DNA from: a virus
Taxonomy: Duplodnaviria > Caudoviricetes
Strand: one strand, 5' to 3'
DNA: 64,000 nt
Virus record (IMG/VR): IMGVR_UViG_3300033066_001295
Coordinates: 1-64,000 of that record
The translations under genes and the position numbers were made by a program. Of the stretch, positions 1 through 9,908 are shown one piece after another. Each line of letters begins with the position of its first letter. Positions within the stretch are counted from its first letter, which is position 1. Under the pieces are notes generated by a model. The model worked only from the letters and a program-made list of their open reading frames with translations. It was not told where the DNA came from and searched no databases.

Positions 1-399
1 GATGACCTCCTGAACAGGAATACAGGCACCATGGAGAAGAGGGTGCCACTAGACAAAAAAGCAGGAAGTCGTGATTTGGATGAGCTTCTGAGAACTGGGC
101 ACAGTGGCCATGGATCAAGCATTGACGAGATGTATAAACTCAAAGCTCACAGTGTTGATGAACTGCTCAAGCTAAGAGGTGCTAGTGGCAAACTTGAGAT
201 CATGCCAACTGCCAGAGCCATGACCTCGCCTAAAATTGACACTGATTCAAGGCAAAATCAGAGTGTAACAAGAACATCCGTGGCACAACACACCGAAAAC
301 AAGCCGGTAACTGACAAGCTTCAAGAGATGATTGATGCGCTTATGGAGGTGGCGTCGAATCTCAGAAACCCAAGGGTGGCACAAGAGCCAAACTGCTAG
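1..399 (+). CDS. hypothetical protein (probably 5'-truncated by window edge)
   Basis: Frame is open from position 1 to the stop at 399; repeated DDLL/DELL segments. Confidence 0.5.
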   Translation, partial: DDLLNRNTGTMEKRVPLDKKAGSRDLDELLRTGHSGHGSSIDEMYKLKAHSVDELLKLRGASGKLEIMPTARAMTSPKIDTDSRQNQSVTRTSVAQHTENKPVTDKLQEMIDALMEVASNLRNPRVAQEPNC

Positions 400-445
400 T
401 GGCCGAAGAAAAAAGAGGAAAATAAAGAAAATATTCGTTTTTCAT

Positions 446-473
446 TTGACGGAAGACGGACTTTCGATATATT
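446..473 (+). promoter_or_regulatory. sigma70-like early promoter with conserved GACnGACTTTCGA spacer
   Basis: TTGACG-16 nt-TATATT; near-identical copies at 3346, 35347, 50879 and 63772. Confidence 0.8.
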
Positions 474-482
474 CCCCTTGCC

Positions 483-1568
483 ATGAAACCATCACAAATC
501 ATCAAAACAATCGCCCTCAACGTCCGTGCTGGAATCCCCACCTACATTGAAGGCCCTCCCGGACTTGGTAAATCAAGCTTTCCAAAAGCAGCAGCAGACA
601 ACGAAGGTTGGGACTGCCTCTTGCTTCCATCGGCTTCGACCATCGAACCGGTTGATATTCGTGGCGCACTGAAAGCTATCACCAAGGATGACATCAAAGC
701 TTTCGGTCTTCCTGAGTCGGCTGTTGGCACCACTGTCGCCTTCCCACCTGATTTCCTTCCACGTTCCGTTGACAAGATCACCCTCGTTGTCATTGATGAC
801 GTTCCAACGGCCCTCCCATCAGTTCAAGCGGCACTCTTCCAGCTTCTGCTAGACCGCAAAATTGGAAACTACGTCGTCCCTGACAAGGTGCATTTTGTGC
901 TCACGGGCAACCGTGTTGAAGACAAAGCAGGTGCCTCACGCACCCTCACCGCCCTAGACTCCCGTGTCAACCGCATCAACGCCGATGTGAGCTATGAGGA
1001 CTGGATTGCATGGGCTGTTAAGAATGACATCGCTGCTGAAGTGGTCGCCTTCCACCGCTTCTACCATGGTGAACACCTCTGGAAGTTTGACCCAAAGAGC
1101 AAGGTTAATCCTCTGCCACGCACATGGGAGTTCCTGAGCCGCAAGGTGAAGATCGTCGCTGAAGAGCAGGCCAAGGGCAACACTCTTCCACCTGAACTGG
1201 TAACCGAATGGTATCAAGGTGATGTCGGCCCGGTTGCCGCTAACCTGTTCGTTGGTTTCACCCGTGTGTTCTCAGAACTGCCAGACCCTCGTGCCTGTAT
1301 CTCCCACCCGGAAACCACGATGGTGCCTACTGACATCGGTGCCATCCTGTGCCTCTGCACTGCTCTGAGCAACGTCGTCAAAAATTCAACCAACAAGGAC
1401 AAGGCCATGGATGGCTTGATGAAGTACCTCAGCCGGATGACAAAGGAGTATGAGGTGACGTGCCTTCAGGACTGCATCAACAAAACAGCCACGGTGATGG
1501 AAACAAAGGCCTACACCGACTGGGCGAAGAAAAACCCAACTGTCTTGCTCGGTCAAGCAGCCAAATAA
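483..1568 (+). CDS. MoxR/AAA_5-type AAA+ ATPase
   Basis: Walker A GPPGLGKS, Walker B VVIDD, TGN sensor, ALDSR arginine finger, PRTWE. Confidence 0.85.
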   Translation: MKPSQIIKTIALNVRAGIPTYIEGPPGLGKSSFPKAAADNEGWDCLLLPSASTIEPVDIRGALKAITKDDIKAFGLPESAVGTTVAFPPDFLPRSVDKITLVVIDDVPTALPSVQAALFQLLLDRKIGNYVVPDKVHFVLTGNRVEDKAGASRTLTALDSRVNRINADVSYEDWIAWAVKNDIAAEVVAFHRFYHGEHLWKFDPKSKVNPLPRTWEFLSRKVKIVAEEQAKGNTLPPELVTEWYQGDVGPVAANLFVGFTRVFSELPDPRACISHPETTMVPTDIGAILCLCTALSNVVKNSTNKDKAMDGLMKYLSRMTKEYEVTCLQDCINKTATVMETKAYTDWAKKNPTVLLGQAAK

Positions 1569-1569
1569 C

Positions 1570-2169
1570 ATGAAAACTTACAGTGTAAACCTCCCTTGGT
1601 TCCCCGGCTTCTATGACAGCCAACTCGACAACCTCATTGACCGTGAGATTGAAGAGGAGATTGAGAATACCGGGGACGAATGGGACGAGGTGGACAAGCG
1701 GGCCAACTACCAAGCAGCCCGTGTGGCAATCTGCAAGGCATGGGTGAAGGCCTTTGCCAAAGAATCCGGTGTGGCCATGGAATTTGATGAAATCAGTTCC
1801 CCAAAGGAATACAATTTCACCACTGACCGTGTGTTTGTCACCATCACACAAGCTGAACTGGACAAGATCAAAGAGGCTCGTACAGAAACACTGCCAATGT
1901 CGAACACCCCGGCTTTCAAGGACATCCTGAAAAAGTGGTTCACCAGCCGTGATGGCTTCATGTCCTTCTACTCAAACGACTCTGAAGATGATGAATGGTG
2001 CAAGCCTGTCGAGGAGTGGGATCACAACCAGCTATCTGCTTTGCTGGCTGCTTATATCCTCACCAAAAATGAGCAGGAAAACTTCATTGAGACCTTGTAT
2101 GGGGACTCAGGCGTCAACGAAGCTGCCCAGCACGTCTGGGATACCAAAATCGAAAAAAAGAGCATTTAA
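1570..2169 (+). CDS. conserved phage hypothetical protein (acidic)
   Basis: 199 aa ORF coupled to the ATPase; FPGFY and SPKEYNFTTDR motifs. Confidence 0.7.
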   Translation: MKTYSVNLPWFPGFYDSQLDNLIDREIEEEIENTGDEWDEVDKRANYQAARVAICKAWVKAFAKESGVAMEFDEISSPKEYNFTTDRVFVTITQAELDKIKEARTETLPMSNTPAFKDILKKWFTSRDGFMSFYSNDSEDDEWCKPVEEWDHNQLSALLAAYILTKNEQENFIETLYGDSGVNEAAQHVWDTKIEKKSI

Positions 2170-2182
2170 CTGAAAAAACGAC

Positions 2183-2210
2183 TTTACATTTGACCAACGA
2201 TTGATATATT
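2183..2210 (+). promoter_or_regulatory. early promoter variant
   Basis: TTTACA-16 nt-TATATT, 7 nt before ATG 2218. Confidence 0.6.
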
Positions 2211-2217
2211 GATCACC

Positions 2218-3279
2218 ATGAGCACAACAAAACTGAAAGAAGAAAATAACTGGGGCGAAGTCAAACATGCGGAAGTTTCCGCCGTTGCTTCCACTCCGGC
2301 AATCCCAAGTCCCCTCACCAGCAATCACATCACCACCAAGGTGCTGTCTGAACGCGCTGTCCTTCTTCACCTCAGCATTGGCGGATGGGCTGCCAAGATC
2401 GCTGATGAAGACGCTAAAAACGTCGTAGTGCAAGCTTTCGGTAGTGATGCCACCCGCATTGATGCCAAGAAGTGCTTGGTCGATCCAAAGATTCTTGAAG
2501 ACGTTCGCAACGCCGGTCAGAAAGCCCGTGTGTGGCACTACAAGCACAGCCTGCCATGGATGGATGGTGGTCTCCGCCTGATCAAGAGCATCACGGTGGA
2601 TGAACACTGTGCAAAACTGCGCGAATTCCGTTCCGAGTGGGAAAAAGCACTCATCTCCCTGAAGGGCATCATCGCTGACAAGCTCGAAGAAGGCAAGAAG
2701 GCACTTGGTGGTCTCGGCAAGGATGAGGACTACCCAACCGCTGACGAAGTGATGGCAAAGTTCAAGTTCAGCTTCGGCCTCCTGCCGGTGCCTGACAAGC
2801 GTGACATTCGTGTTGAACTCTCAGCCGAAGGCATGAAGGCGGCTCAGGAGTCGGTCAATGGTCTGGTTGAGGAATCGACCAAGAACATCGTCATCGAATG
2901 CCAGACCCGTGTGGCCAAGGTGATTGAAAAGATCATCGAAAAGCTCAAGGACAAGAAGGACAAGCAGAAAAAGGATGGCACCATCGACAAGGGGTACGCC
3001 GTGTTCCGTGACAGCCTGATCCAGAACGCTCTGGACATGGTGCCACTGCTGCATGAACTCAACATCCTTGATGACCCTGCGGTCAAAAAGCTGGCTGACG
3101 ATCTGCAAACCGCCCTCGGCAAAGTTGACGTGGACAAAATCCGCGAAGATGAAACCTACCGCAATGACGTGATTGAAAAAGCCACCTCCGTCCTGAACGC
3201 CACCAAAGGAGGTCTGGACGCCATGGCACTCGGCGGTTTCGGGGCAGATGATGAAGAAGACACCAAGGCTGCTGCCTAG
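2218..3279 (+). CDS. DUF3150-like helical protein of the MoxR/vWA module
   Basis: Long helical ORF (SLPWMDGGLRL, YPT..E...KF, FRDSLIQN, LNILDDP) between the AAA and vWA genes; start chosen by promoter spacing. Confidence 0.6.
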   Translation: MSTTKLKEENNWGEVKHAEVSAVASTPAIPSPLTSNHITTKVLSERAVLLHLSIGGWAAKIADEDAKNVVVQAFGSDATRIDAKKCLVDPKILEDVRNAGQKARVWHYKHSLPWMDGGLRLIKSITVDEHCAKLREFRSEWEKALISLKGIIADKLEEGKKALGGLGKDEDYPTADEVMAKFKFSFGLLPVPDKRDIRVELSAEGMKAAQESVNGLVEESTKNIVIECQTRVAKVIEKIIEKLKDKKDKQKKDGTIDKGYAVFRDSLIQNALDMVPLLHELNILDDPAVKKLADDLQTALGKVDVDKIREDETYRNDVIEKATSVLNATKGGLDAMALGGFGADDEEDTKAAA

Positions 3280-3295
3280 TGGCAAGTGATTCGAG

Positions 3296-3325
3296 GCCGC
3301 AGTGGGAAACCACTGCGGCTTTTTT
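3296..3325 (+). terminator. intrinsic terminator
   Basis: GCCGCAGTGG-GAAA-CCACTGCGGC followed by T6. Confidence 0.9.
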
Positions 3326-3345
3326 GTGAAAAACCGTTTTTTAAT

Positions 3346-3373
3346 TTGACGTGTGACCGACTTTCGATATATT
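3346..3373 (+). promoter_or_regulatory. early promoter
   Basis: TTGACG-16 nt (GACCGACTTTCGA)-TATATT, 7 nt before ATG 3381. Confidence 0.8.
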
Positions 3374-3380
3374 CATTGCC

Positions 3381-4859
3381 ATGGCCACTCTTAACGCTCT
3401 CGAACAAGCTCGGATCACTCTGCTTCAGAAGAATATCCTTTTTGGTGGACTCTCCATGAAGCTCAAGATCATCATCGACCCGAAGTGCAATACTGCATGG
3501 ACAGATGGCAAAGTCATCGGCTACAACCCGCTATTCGTTGCCAACCTCTCTAGTGAACAAGTGGTAGGCCTTCTAGTGCATGAGGTTCTTCACTGCATGT
3601 TCGCTCATTTTGCCCGCCGTAACGGTCGCCAAAATCGCCTGTGGAATTACGCCACCGATTATATCATCAACGCCATCGTCGTGAAGCAAGGATTCCAGCT
3701 TCCACCAAAGGCCCTCATGAAAATGGAGTGGGCCAGTCTGTCCAGCGAAGAAGCCTATGAACTCCTCTCGAAAAAGAAGGAGGAAGAGAAGCAAAAGCAG
3801 CAGCAGACGCAGCAGCAGAAGGGCGACGACAAGGGCAACAAGAGCGAAGATTCTTCTGGCAAGCAAGATGGCAAGCAAGATGGCAAGCAGGATGAAAAAC
3901 AGGATGAGAAGCCTGAAAGTAGCAAGGGTGATGAATCCAGCGAAGGTGAGGGTGAGGGTGAAGGTGAGGGTGGTGAAGGTGGTGAAGAAGAGGGTGAAGA
4001 AGAAGGAGGTGAAGGTGAGGGTGAAGGTGAAGAAGAGGGTGAGGGTGAAGGATCACCTAGCGAAGGCAAGGGCAAGGGCAAGGGCAAAGCAAGTGAGGGT
4101 GAAGCAGAAGGTGGAGATGAGGCAGCAGGAGCGGGTAAACCTGAACCTGATTATAGTGATGAAGACACCTTTGGTGAAGTCCGTGATGGTGCTGGTGATG
4201 CTGCTGAAGCAGCCGCCTTGGAAGACGAGTGGAAGGTCTCCACGGCACAAGCTCTGGCTCAATTCCCTAAAATCGGAAAGAGCCTCGGCAAGAATGTGAC
4301 TGACCTGCTTAACAGCGAACGCCGCACTGAGCTACGTTGGGAAGACGTGCTGGCCGACTTCGTTAACTCGACAGCAAAGAGTGACTATAACTGGATGCGC
4401 CCAAGCCGCCGCTCGCAGGATGGCTTTATCACTCCAAGCCTCCACAATCTGTCCATCCGTAACTTCGTTGTTGCCATTGATACATCAGGCTCGGTGAATG
4501 AGAAGCAGCTTGCAGCATTCTCCGCTGAAATCAGTGAAATCCTCCGCCTCAATGAAATGACTCTGACAGTGCTCCATGTTGATGTCGCTGTCCGTCATGT
4601 TGATGAATTCAGTAGCTCTGACTCACCAATTGAGTTTCAAGCCTATGGTCGTGGAGGTACGTCACTTGGCTGTGTCTTCCGTTATATTGAGGAAAATGAC
4701 ATTGAATGTGAAGGCCTGATCTTCTTCACAGACCTTGCCAACACCGACTGGGGCAATGAGCCTGACTATCCAGTCCTGTGGTTGCATTCAAACCCTTACA
4801 AGTACAATCTCAACCTGCCACCTCCACCGTTCGGTGAAGTGGTGAAGATGTACGACTAA
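3381..4859 (+). CDS. DUF2201-type metallopeptidase plus vWA domain protein
   Basis: TAWTDG, HEVLH (HExxH), WNYATD, Gly/Glu low-complexity linker, MIDAS DTSGS, GRGGT, FTD. Confidence 0.85.
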   Translation: MATLNALEQARITLLQKNILFGGLSMKLKIIIDPKCNTAWTDGKVIGYNPLFVANLSSEQVVGLLVHEVLHCMFAHFARRNGRQNRLWNYATDYIINAIVVKQGFQLPPKALMKMEWASLSSEEAYELLSKKKEEEKQKQQQTQQQKGDDKGNKSEDSSGKQDGKQDGKQDEKQDEKPESSKGDESSEGEGEGEGEGGEGGEEEGEEEGGEGEGEGEEEGEGEGSPSEGKGKGKGKASEGEAEGGDEAAGAGKPEPDYSDEDTFGEVRDGAGDAAEAAALEDEWKVSTAQALAQFPKIGKSLGKNVTDLLNSERRTELRWEDVLADFVNSTAKSDYNWMRPSRRSQDGFITPSLHNLSIRNFVVAIDTSGSVNEKQLAAFSAEISEILRLNEMTLTVLHVDVAVRHVDEFSSSDSPIEFQAYGRGGTSLGCVFRYIEENDIECEGLIFFTDLANTDWGNEPDYPVLWLHSNPYKYNLNLPPPPFGEVVKMYD

Positions 4860-4860
4860 C

Positions 4861-4893
4861 AAAAAAAGAGGAGGGTGTTTCCACCCTCCTCTT
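4861..4893 (-). terminator. intrinsic terminator between convergent genes
   Basis: AAGAGGAGGGTG-TTTC-CACCCTCCTCTT preceded by an A-run (U-tract on the minus strand). Confidence 0.8.
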
Positions 4894-4918
4894 CGTGTCC
4901 TAGTCTGTTTCGACAGGA

Positions 4919-5647
4919 TTAAGGCGTTTCAGGCCAGCTTGTATCGCGGCCCATGCCACCGACACCAGCAGCACCGTTGCCGAAGAAGCCATAGCCGGTC
5001 TTCTGAGCGTTGACTTCGATGTCCACCTGTCCAAAGCCCATGAGGCCATTGAACTGAAGGTCAAGACGGCAGTAACCGCCCCCTGTGGTGCCCCAGCCGA
5101 CGATCTTGAGAAGCTTCTTCTGTGTGATCACGCTGGCGTTTTCCTGACCACCGGGGGTGATGGTGGTAGGACCCACTTCCACGATGGTAGCATTGAGGCT
5201 ACTGGTAGCAGCCAAGCTTGAGTCATAGACGTTGTCGATGGTGATGTTTGTTCCACCCTGATTTGAAGCAGAGATGGTAAACACACCGTTGAGTTTATCA
5301 CGGATGGCACCTTTGATAGCGACAACGTCACCGGCATTCAACCCAACGGTTGAGGCTACAGTGATCTTGGTTCCTGAGACAGCACCAGCAGCGGCGACAG
5401 TTCCAGTAGTGCTAGCACCACCGGACTTGACCGAAATCAGGTTCCAGTCGTCAGCGTCACCAGTGTTGGACTCAAGGAAAGCGAAGTTGAGATCACTCCC
5501 GGTCTTGGTGGTTCCGTCATTCTTGCGTTCCCCTTCGGAAACAAACAGAAGATTGATTTTTCCAGTCTTCGGGTAAACCTTCAAGACTTGAACGTCAGCA
5601 GGCTTCGTTCCAGAAACTGCCAGTTGATTGATTGCGATGGTTGACAT
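4919..5647 (-). CDS. putative virion structural protein
   Basis: Gly/Thr/Ser-rich beta protein with a GL.AGD.V.I.G...LNG.F.I module also present in the sheath and fibre. Confidence 0.55.
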   Translation of the reverse strand: MSTIAINQLAVSGTKPADVQVLKVYPKTGKINLLFVSEGERKNDGTTKTGSDLNFAFLESNTGDADDWNLISVKSGGASTTGTVAAAGAVSGTKITVASTVGLNAGDVVAIKGAIRDKLNGVFTISASNQGGTNITIDNVYDSSLAATSSLNATIVEVGPTTITPGGQENASVITQKKLLKIVGWGTTGGGYCRLDLQFNGLMGFGQVDIEVNAQKTGYGFFGNGAAGVGGMGRDTSWPETP

Positions 5648-5749
5648 AGGGTGTAGGTGTTAGATGTTAACTTGAAGATTCGTCTTCAAGAATAATTATC
5701 AAGCATCCGCACAAAAACCAAATAGCTTTGAAATTCAAAAGAATCCTGC

Positions 5750-6892
5750 ATGAAAGTCCTTTCCTGCCCTGAACTCGTAAGAGTTGACAAGATCATGATG
5801 ACCCCGTTTGCACGTTATGTGGTGCCGGATGACGTTGCGAGGAACATTGCAATAAAGCTCACTGAATCAAAGATAGACTTCACCTGTTCAGCTTTTAACC
5901 CTTATGAGAAGAGGTACGGGGGGCAGGAAGCCAGAGGTAAAAAGCTAGCCTTCTTCCGCCATAGTGCTTGGGGTGATCAATTGATGGCAACCGCAGTTGT
6001 TAACTGCCTGCAAACACTGAGGCCTGATCTTCGAGTTGATGTGTACTGCTCACCAAATGTTCTAACCATGTGGGACGGTGTAACAAGAGCCTTTCCGTCA
6101 CCTATGCTATTTGATGCTGTAAAGGCATATGACTACCATGTCTTCTATGAGGGGATGCTGGAAAATAACTGGGAGTCTGATCAAAACAACGCAATTGATG
6201 ACATGATCCAGTTTCTTGGAATCAATCCAATTGAGGTTCCAGATGACCTGAAAGTGCCTGTTGTAAGTGTCAAAGAGCAGGACTATGAGGAGCTAAAGAA
6301 GCTAAGAATCGACCTGACAGGGCCTTATGCACCGTATGTGTTGATACAGCTACAAGCAAGCAACCCAAACAGGACATACCCGCCAAAACAAACAGGGGAG
6401 TTGATACGTAAAATCTTGGACAAATGGCCTGACATTCATGTTATACTTATCGGGCTTGATGCAGATAACAAACTTCAGGATGGTATCAACTTACTCACAG
6501 GCACACGAAAAAGGTTTATCAACTTGGTAAGCAAGTTAGAAGACTTCAGGTCTGTCATACCACTGGTGAGGCACGCCAAGGCTATTGTCTGCCCTGATTC
6601 AAGTGTTGGTCACTTAGCAGCAGCATTCAAGGACGTTCCAGTAGTGTCACTGTGGGGCCTGTTCGACCCGAATGACAGGGTAAAGTATTACAAAAACCAC
6701 ACCCCCTTGTTTAACAAAGACATCTGCCCACACGCACCTTGTCACAACCATCAGTTTGTTTTGCCCCAGCACCTATGCAAGGATGCTACCAATTCATCAG
6801 AGGGTGCTCAAAAGTGGTGCAATGCACTGAAGTCGATCACACCTGAACAGATCATGGAGAAGCTTGAAGAAGCTTTTTTGAAGACAGTCTAG
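5750..6892 (+). CDS. glycosyltransferase family 9 (heptosyltransferase-like)
   Basis: AWGDQLMAT, ASNPNRTYP, CPDSSVGHLAAA, VSLWG, CPHAPC. Confidence 0.85.
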   Translation: MKVLSCPELVRVDKIMMTPFARYVVPDDVARNIAIKLTESKIDFTCSAFNPYEKRYGGQEARGKKLAFFRHSAWGDQLMATAVVNCLQTLRPDLRVDVYCSPNVLTMWDGVTRAFPSPMLFDAVKAYDYHVFYEGMLENNWESDQNNAIDDMIQFLGINPIEVPDDLKVPVVSVKEQDYEELKKLRIDLTGPYAPYVLIQLQASNPNRTYPPKQTGELIRKILDKWPDIHVILIGLDADNKLQDGINLLTGTRKRFINLVSKLEDFRSVIPLVRHAKAIVCPDSSVGHLAAAFKDVPVVSLWGLFDPNDRVKYYKNHTPLFNKDICPHAPCHNHQFVLPQHLCKDATNSSEGAQKWCNALKSITPEQIMEKLEEAFLKTV

Positions 6893-7173
6893 TCTTCCTG
6901 CTTGATCTTGATTACCATCGAAGGGCTTCCACGATATTGTAGGAACTGCCCACGAGCTTTGAACTTGATTGAATTGATCTCCTTCAGTGAGTTTGAGATA
7001 AGCTCCTTGACCTCATCAAAAATCTCTGGGTCTGGTGGTCTGAAGTGAATCAGAGCTTCTTTCTTTTTGTCATCCCATGAGACGCTGACAATAGCATCCA
7101 TGATGCCGACCTTGGTAGCAAATTTGCCAAGGATCGTATCAAGAAAGTAGTTCTGATTTGATTCTACTGCCAT
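6889..7173 (-). CDS. hypothetical protein
   Basis: 94 aa ORF in a tightly packed minus-strand run. Confidence 0.6.
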   Translation of the reverse strand: MAVESNQNYFLDTILGKFATKVGIMDAIVSVSWDDKKKEALIHFRPPDPEIFDEVKELISNSLKEINSIKFKARGQFLQYRGSPSMVIKIKQED

Positions 7174-7177
7174 GGTG

Positions 7178-7381
7178 TTATTTCAAACTGTCTTGGAGGT
7201 ACACTATCACAGATAGGTGCCTCATTGCTTCATCTGGAGTGAACTTGGAAAACAAACCTTGCTGATGTGCGAGGACCATGATCTTGACTGCCTGAGCAAG
7301 TGCATCACGGTCAACTGTTATCGTCTTAGGAGCACTTGTGCTACGATCCTGCCCCTGTGTCTCTTCGTCTTTTGGGTTCAT
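7178..7381 (-). CDS. hypothetical protein
   Basis: 67 aa; ATGA overlap with the upstream gene. Confidence 0.55.
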   Translation of the reverse strand: MNPKDEETQGQDRSTSAPKTITVDRDALAQAVKIMVLAHQQGLFSKFTPDEAMRHLSVIVYLQDSLK

Positions 7382-7650
7382 ACCTTACCCTCCGCTTTCA
7401 GGGCTTGAAATGCAAGGTTAAAGCCAAGTTCAATCAAGCTGGAACTGGCTTCCGTATTTGAAGAAACGGCATCTGAAATAACCGATATAGCAGCACTTTT
7501 CTTCTCTGGGTTTGTTATAGCCTTGTTGACTTGATCCAAGATGGCCTGCCTAGCTACCGAAACGATCAAAGACAAAATCGAAATTTTGTTTGTCTCAATC
7601 AAAGGCCTGATCCATGACCAAGCTACGCGAATGTGGCTGAGGAGGGTCAT
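7378..7650 (-). CDS. hypothetical protein (possibly membrane-associated)
   Basis: 90 aa; ATGA overlaps on both sides. Confidence 0.55.
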   Translation of the reverse strand: MTLLSHIRVAWSWIRPLIETNKISILSLIVSVARQAILDQVNKAITNPEKKSAAISVISDAVSSNTEASSSLIELGFNLAFQALKAEGKV

Positions 7651-8174
7651 ACAAGCTCAGCCGCATTAATCTCGTTTGCAGGCCCCTGAGAGGCCATTTC
7701 AGGCTGTGGTTGGGCTTGAGCCTGTGGAAGTGGTGCAGGCTCTGTAGAACCGCTTGAATTAGCCGCTGCTGAGAAGATGTCACCGAGCGTATCAGAACCA
7801 GAAGGCCCAAGACCACCACCTTGAAAGCTTGGTAGGTCCGACTGACTGTTGATGCCAAAAAATTGACCAAGTGGAGCATCACCAACAATATCAAAAAACC
7901 TCATCCAAACGGACAGGTTTGGTTTCCACTCCATCTGACCCATGAAGTAAGCTGTACGGTCGTCCTTGTAGAATAGCTTCGACAAAACTGAAGCCATGGC
8001 AATCTGTGACTCCTTTGAAGTAAGTCTTGGATCGTCACCGTGGTACTGCTTGTTCAGGAAAGTTACCTGCTTGAGAACGCCGAGGTCCTCTTTCCCAAGT
8101 TCCTTGAGAGCTTGAAAGGCTGTGTCTTCAGCCCCGGTAGGAGATTCAAAAAGTCTGGTAAAGTTCTTCAACAC
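7647..8174 (-). CDS. putative head-packaged protein
   Basis: N-terminal FTRLFES motif; TATTTAT 4 nt before the GTG start. Confidence 0.6.
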   Translation of the reverse strand: MLKNFTRLFESPTGAEDTAFQALKELGKEDLGVLKQVTFLNKQYHGDDPRLTSKESQIAMASVLSKLFYKDDRTAYFMGQMEWKPNLSVWMRFFDIVGDAPLGQFFGINSQSDLPSFQGGGLGPSGSDTLGDIFSAAANSSGSTEPAPLPQAQAQPQPEMASQGPANEINAAELV

Positions 8175-8189
8175 ATGGATAAATACGGG

Positions 8190-8456
8190 CTACCCGTTAT
8201 TGTCTTTGAATTCCACATCACAGACAGAGTTACATGATGAACACTTGTAGTAAGCTTCAGGCTCCTTGAGCAGGATAACATTACTGCCACAACATTGTGA
8301 CGTAAAATATGACACTTTTTGGTAGTGGTTTATGCGGATACAGTTGAAACACTTCCTGCCTCTCAAAACACCTCCATTGTAAGCTACCATGGCAACGGCT
8401 GGTGAACCGCAGAGGTACGTCTCACAATGTTCTACACGTGGAACATTTTCACTCAT
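8190..8456 (-). CDS. Cys-rich zinc-finger-like protein
   Basis: Multiple Cys pairs (CETYLC, CFNC, CCG, CSSC). Confidence 0.55.
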   Translation of the reverse strand: MSENVPRVEHCETYLCGSPAVAMVAYNGGVLRGRKCFNCIRINHYQKVSYFTSQCCGSNVILLKEPEAYYKCSSCNSVCDVEFKDNNG

Positions 8457-9496
8457 GACTCTACTAGGGATTTCAAAAACGGATCGAGTTTCTTCTTCGA
8501 CAAAAGTTTGAAATCATCTGAATAGGCAGGCTCTTCCACCTCGTCTTCAAGAGCCTCGCTCATTTTGACCGTTCTGGGGCTGTTTGAACGCTCGAAGGTG
8601 ATCCCCCTCACATCAGTCAGCCAGCCCTTTGCAAACGACAGGAGACCCCTGTCCTTGTCGAATAGGTTGTCTCCGTCAGAAATCTCCAGCAACTCCATGT
8701 CCAGCCCGGAAAGGTTCTTGTAGTGCTGAACATCAAACTCATCCTTGTAGGGTGTAATCAAGCCGGTCTTGATAGCCCAGTCAGTGCGGATGTCGTTGAT
8801 AGCCTCACAGGCACGTTCAACAAGCAAATCTTCACGCTTTTTGCTTGATCCACAGGCTTTCATTTCCAACGCCCACGCAGCCTCAAATTCAATCTTCCTA
8901 CCATCATAAACAACTGCCCTATTGGCAAATATCACTGGGCAACCATTACGCTTTTCCAGACCTTTGAACCTCCTGAGCAAAGCAGAAGCCAGCACCCATG
9001 CGACGGTAGGCTTCAAAAATTCAAGCTGCACAGTTTCACCGTGCATAAAGTTGGCGGCAGCCAGATACCAGTAGTCACTCTCCACAGAAGCAACGTCAGC
9101 GTACACTTCGGTGGAAAAAGACTTCACATTTTCGATCTTTGAGCCATAACGCTCACGAAGGAGATGAGCATACTTGTCGAGCAAGCTCACCCTTTTTTCT
9201 GCTAGCAACAGCTTGTTAACAAAAAAAGGCACCTGCTCAGCGTTAGGCTGCTCACGCATCCAGATGTGAAGAGCAATCGACAGCTTGAGAAAATCAATCA
9301 ACTCCTGTTTGTCAGTAAAAATAAGATCAAGCTGATCAACCACATTCTGGTTAGGGTAGAAGTTACCCTCGTCTGGGTCACGTCCGACGAGCTTGAAGTA
9401 AGTGCTCTTCAGGACATCCTCGACAAGGGTAGCTGTATCAACTTTTTGTTCAGGAAATTCTGTCACTGGCCGAGTGTAAAACACCAGCCGAGCCAT
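8453..9496 (-). CDS. hypothetical protein
   Basis: Long ORF; ATG 9496 preferred over GTG 9571. Confidence 0.7.
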   Translation of the reverse strand: MARLVFYTRPVTEFPEQKVDTATLVEDVLKSTYFKLVGRDPDEGNFYPNQNVVDQLDLIFTDKQELIDFLKLSIALHIWMREQPNAEQVPFFVNKLLLAEKRVSLLDKYAHLLRERYGSKIENVKSFSTEVYADVASVESDYWYLAAANFMHGETVQLEFLKPTVAWVLASALLRRFKGLEKRNGCPVIFANRAVVYDGRKIEFEAAWALEMKACGSSKKREDLLVERACEAINDIRTDWAIKTGLITPYKDEFDVQHYKNLSGLDMELLEISDGDNLFDKDRGLLSFAKGWLTDVRGITFERSNSPRTVKMSEALEDEVEEPAYSDDFKLLSKKKLDPFLKSLVES

Positions 9497-9635
9497 AGCA
9501 AGAAGAATGTTTAGGTGATATGACGAAATTCGACCTTTTGTAAAATGGCGGGGGCGCAAAGGGGGCCACACTTGGTAAATCTGGGAGTTGTGAAGGAGTG
9601 GGGAAAGTTATGACTTCTACCGTCAGTTGTGAAAA

Positions 9636-9908
9636 GTGACGTACATCATTAGTACATCAGTAGTACTTATCATTCCAGTACGCTACTGGGGGCCTCGGCC
9701 CCCCAGACCCCCTGAGACGACGCAATGCGTCGTCGGGGTTTTTTCGCTTACGCTCATTCTGGAGGGGGAGACCCCCTCCACCCCCCAGTGCTCCTGTACT
9801 AGTACATTAAGTACTACTGATGTTACTATATAAATAACATCATCAATGATGTTACTACACATCAATAATGCTGTACCGCGTACCATCACTAATGCTGTAC
9901 AGTACATT
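9636..9908. repeat. GTAC-rich tracts flanking three GC-rich inverted repeats (origin-like region)
   Basis: 11 GTAC in about 265 bp; hairpins at about 9686-9706, 9716-9734 and 9760-9780. Confidence 0.55.

Noticed and set aside
3855-4110. GAAGGTGAGGGT and CAAGATGGCAAG repeats as a DNA element
   Set aside because: In-frame low-complexity Gly/Glu and KQDG linker of the vWA protein; the overlapping Pro/Ser/His-rich ORFs are shadows.
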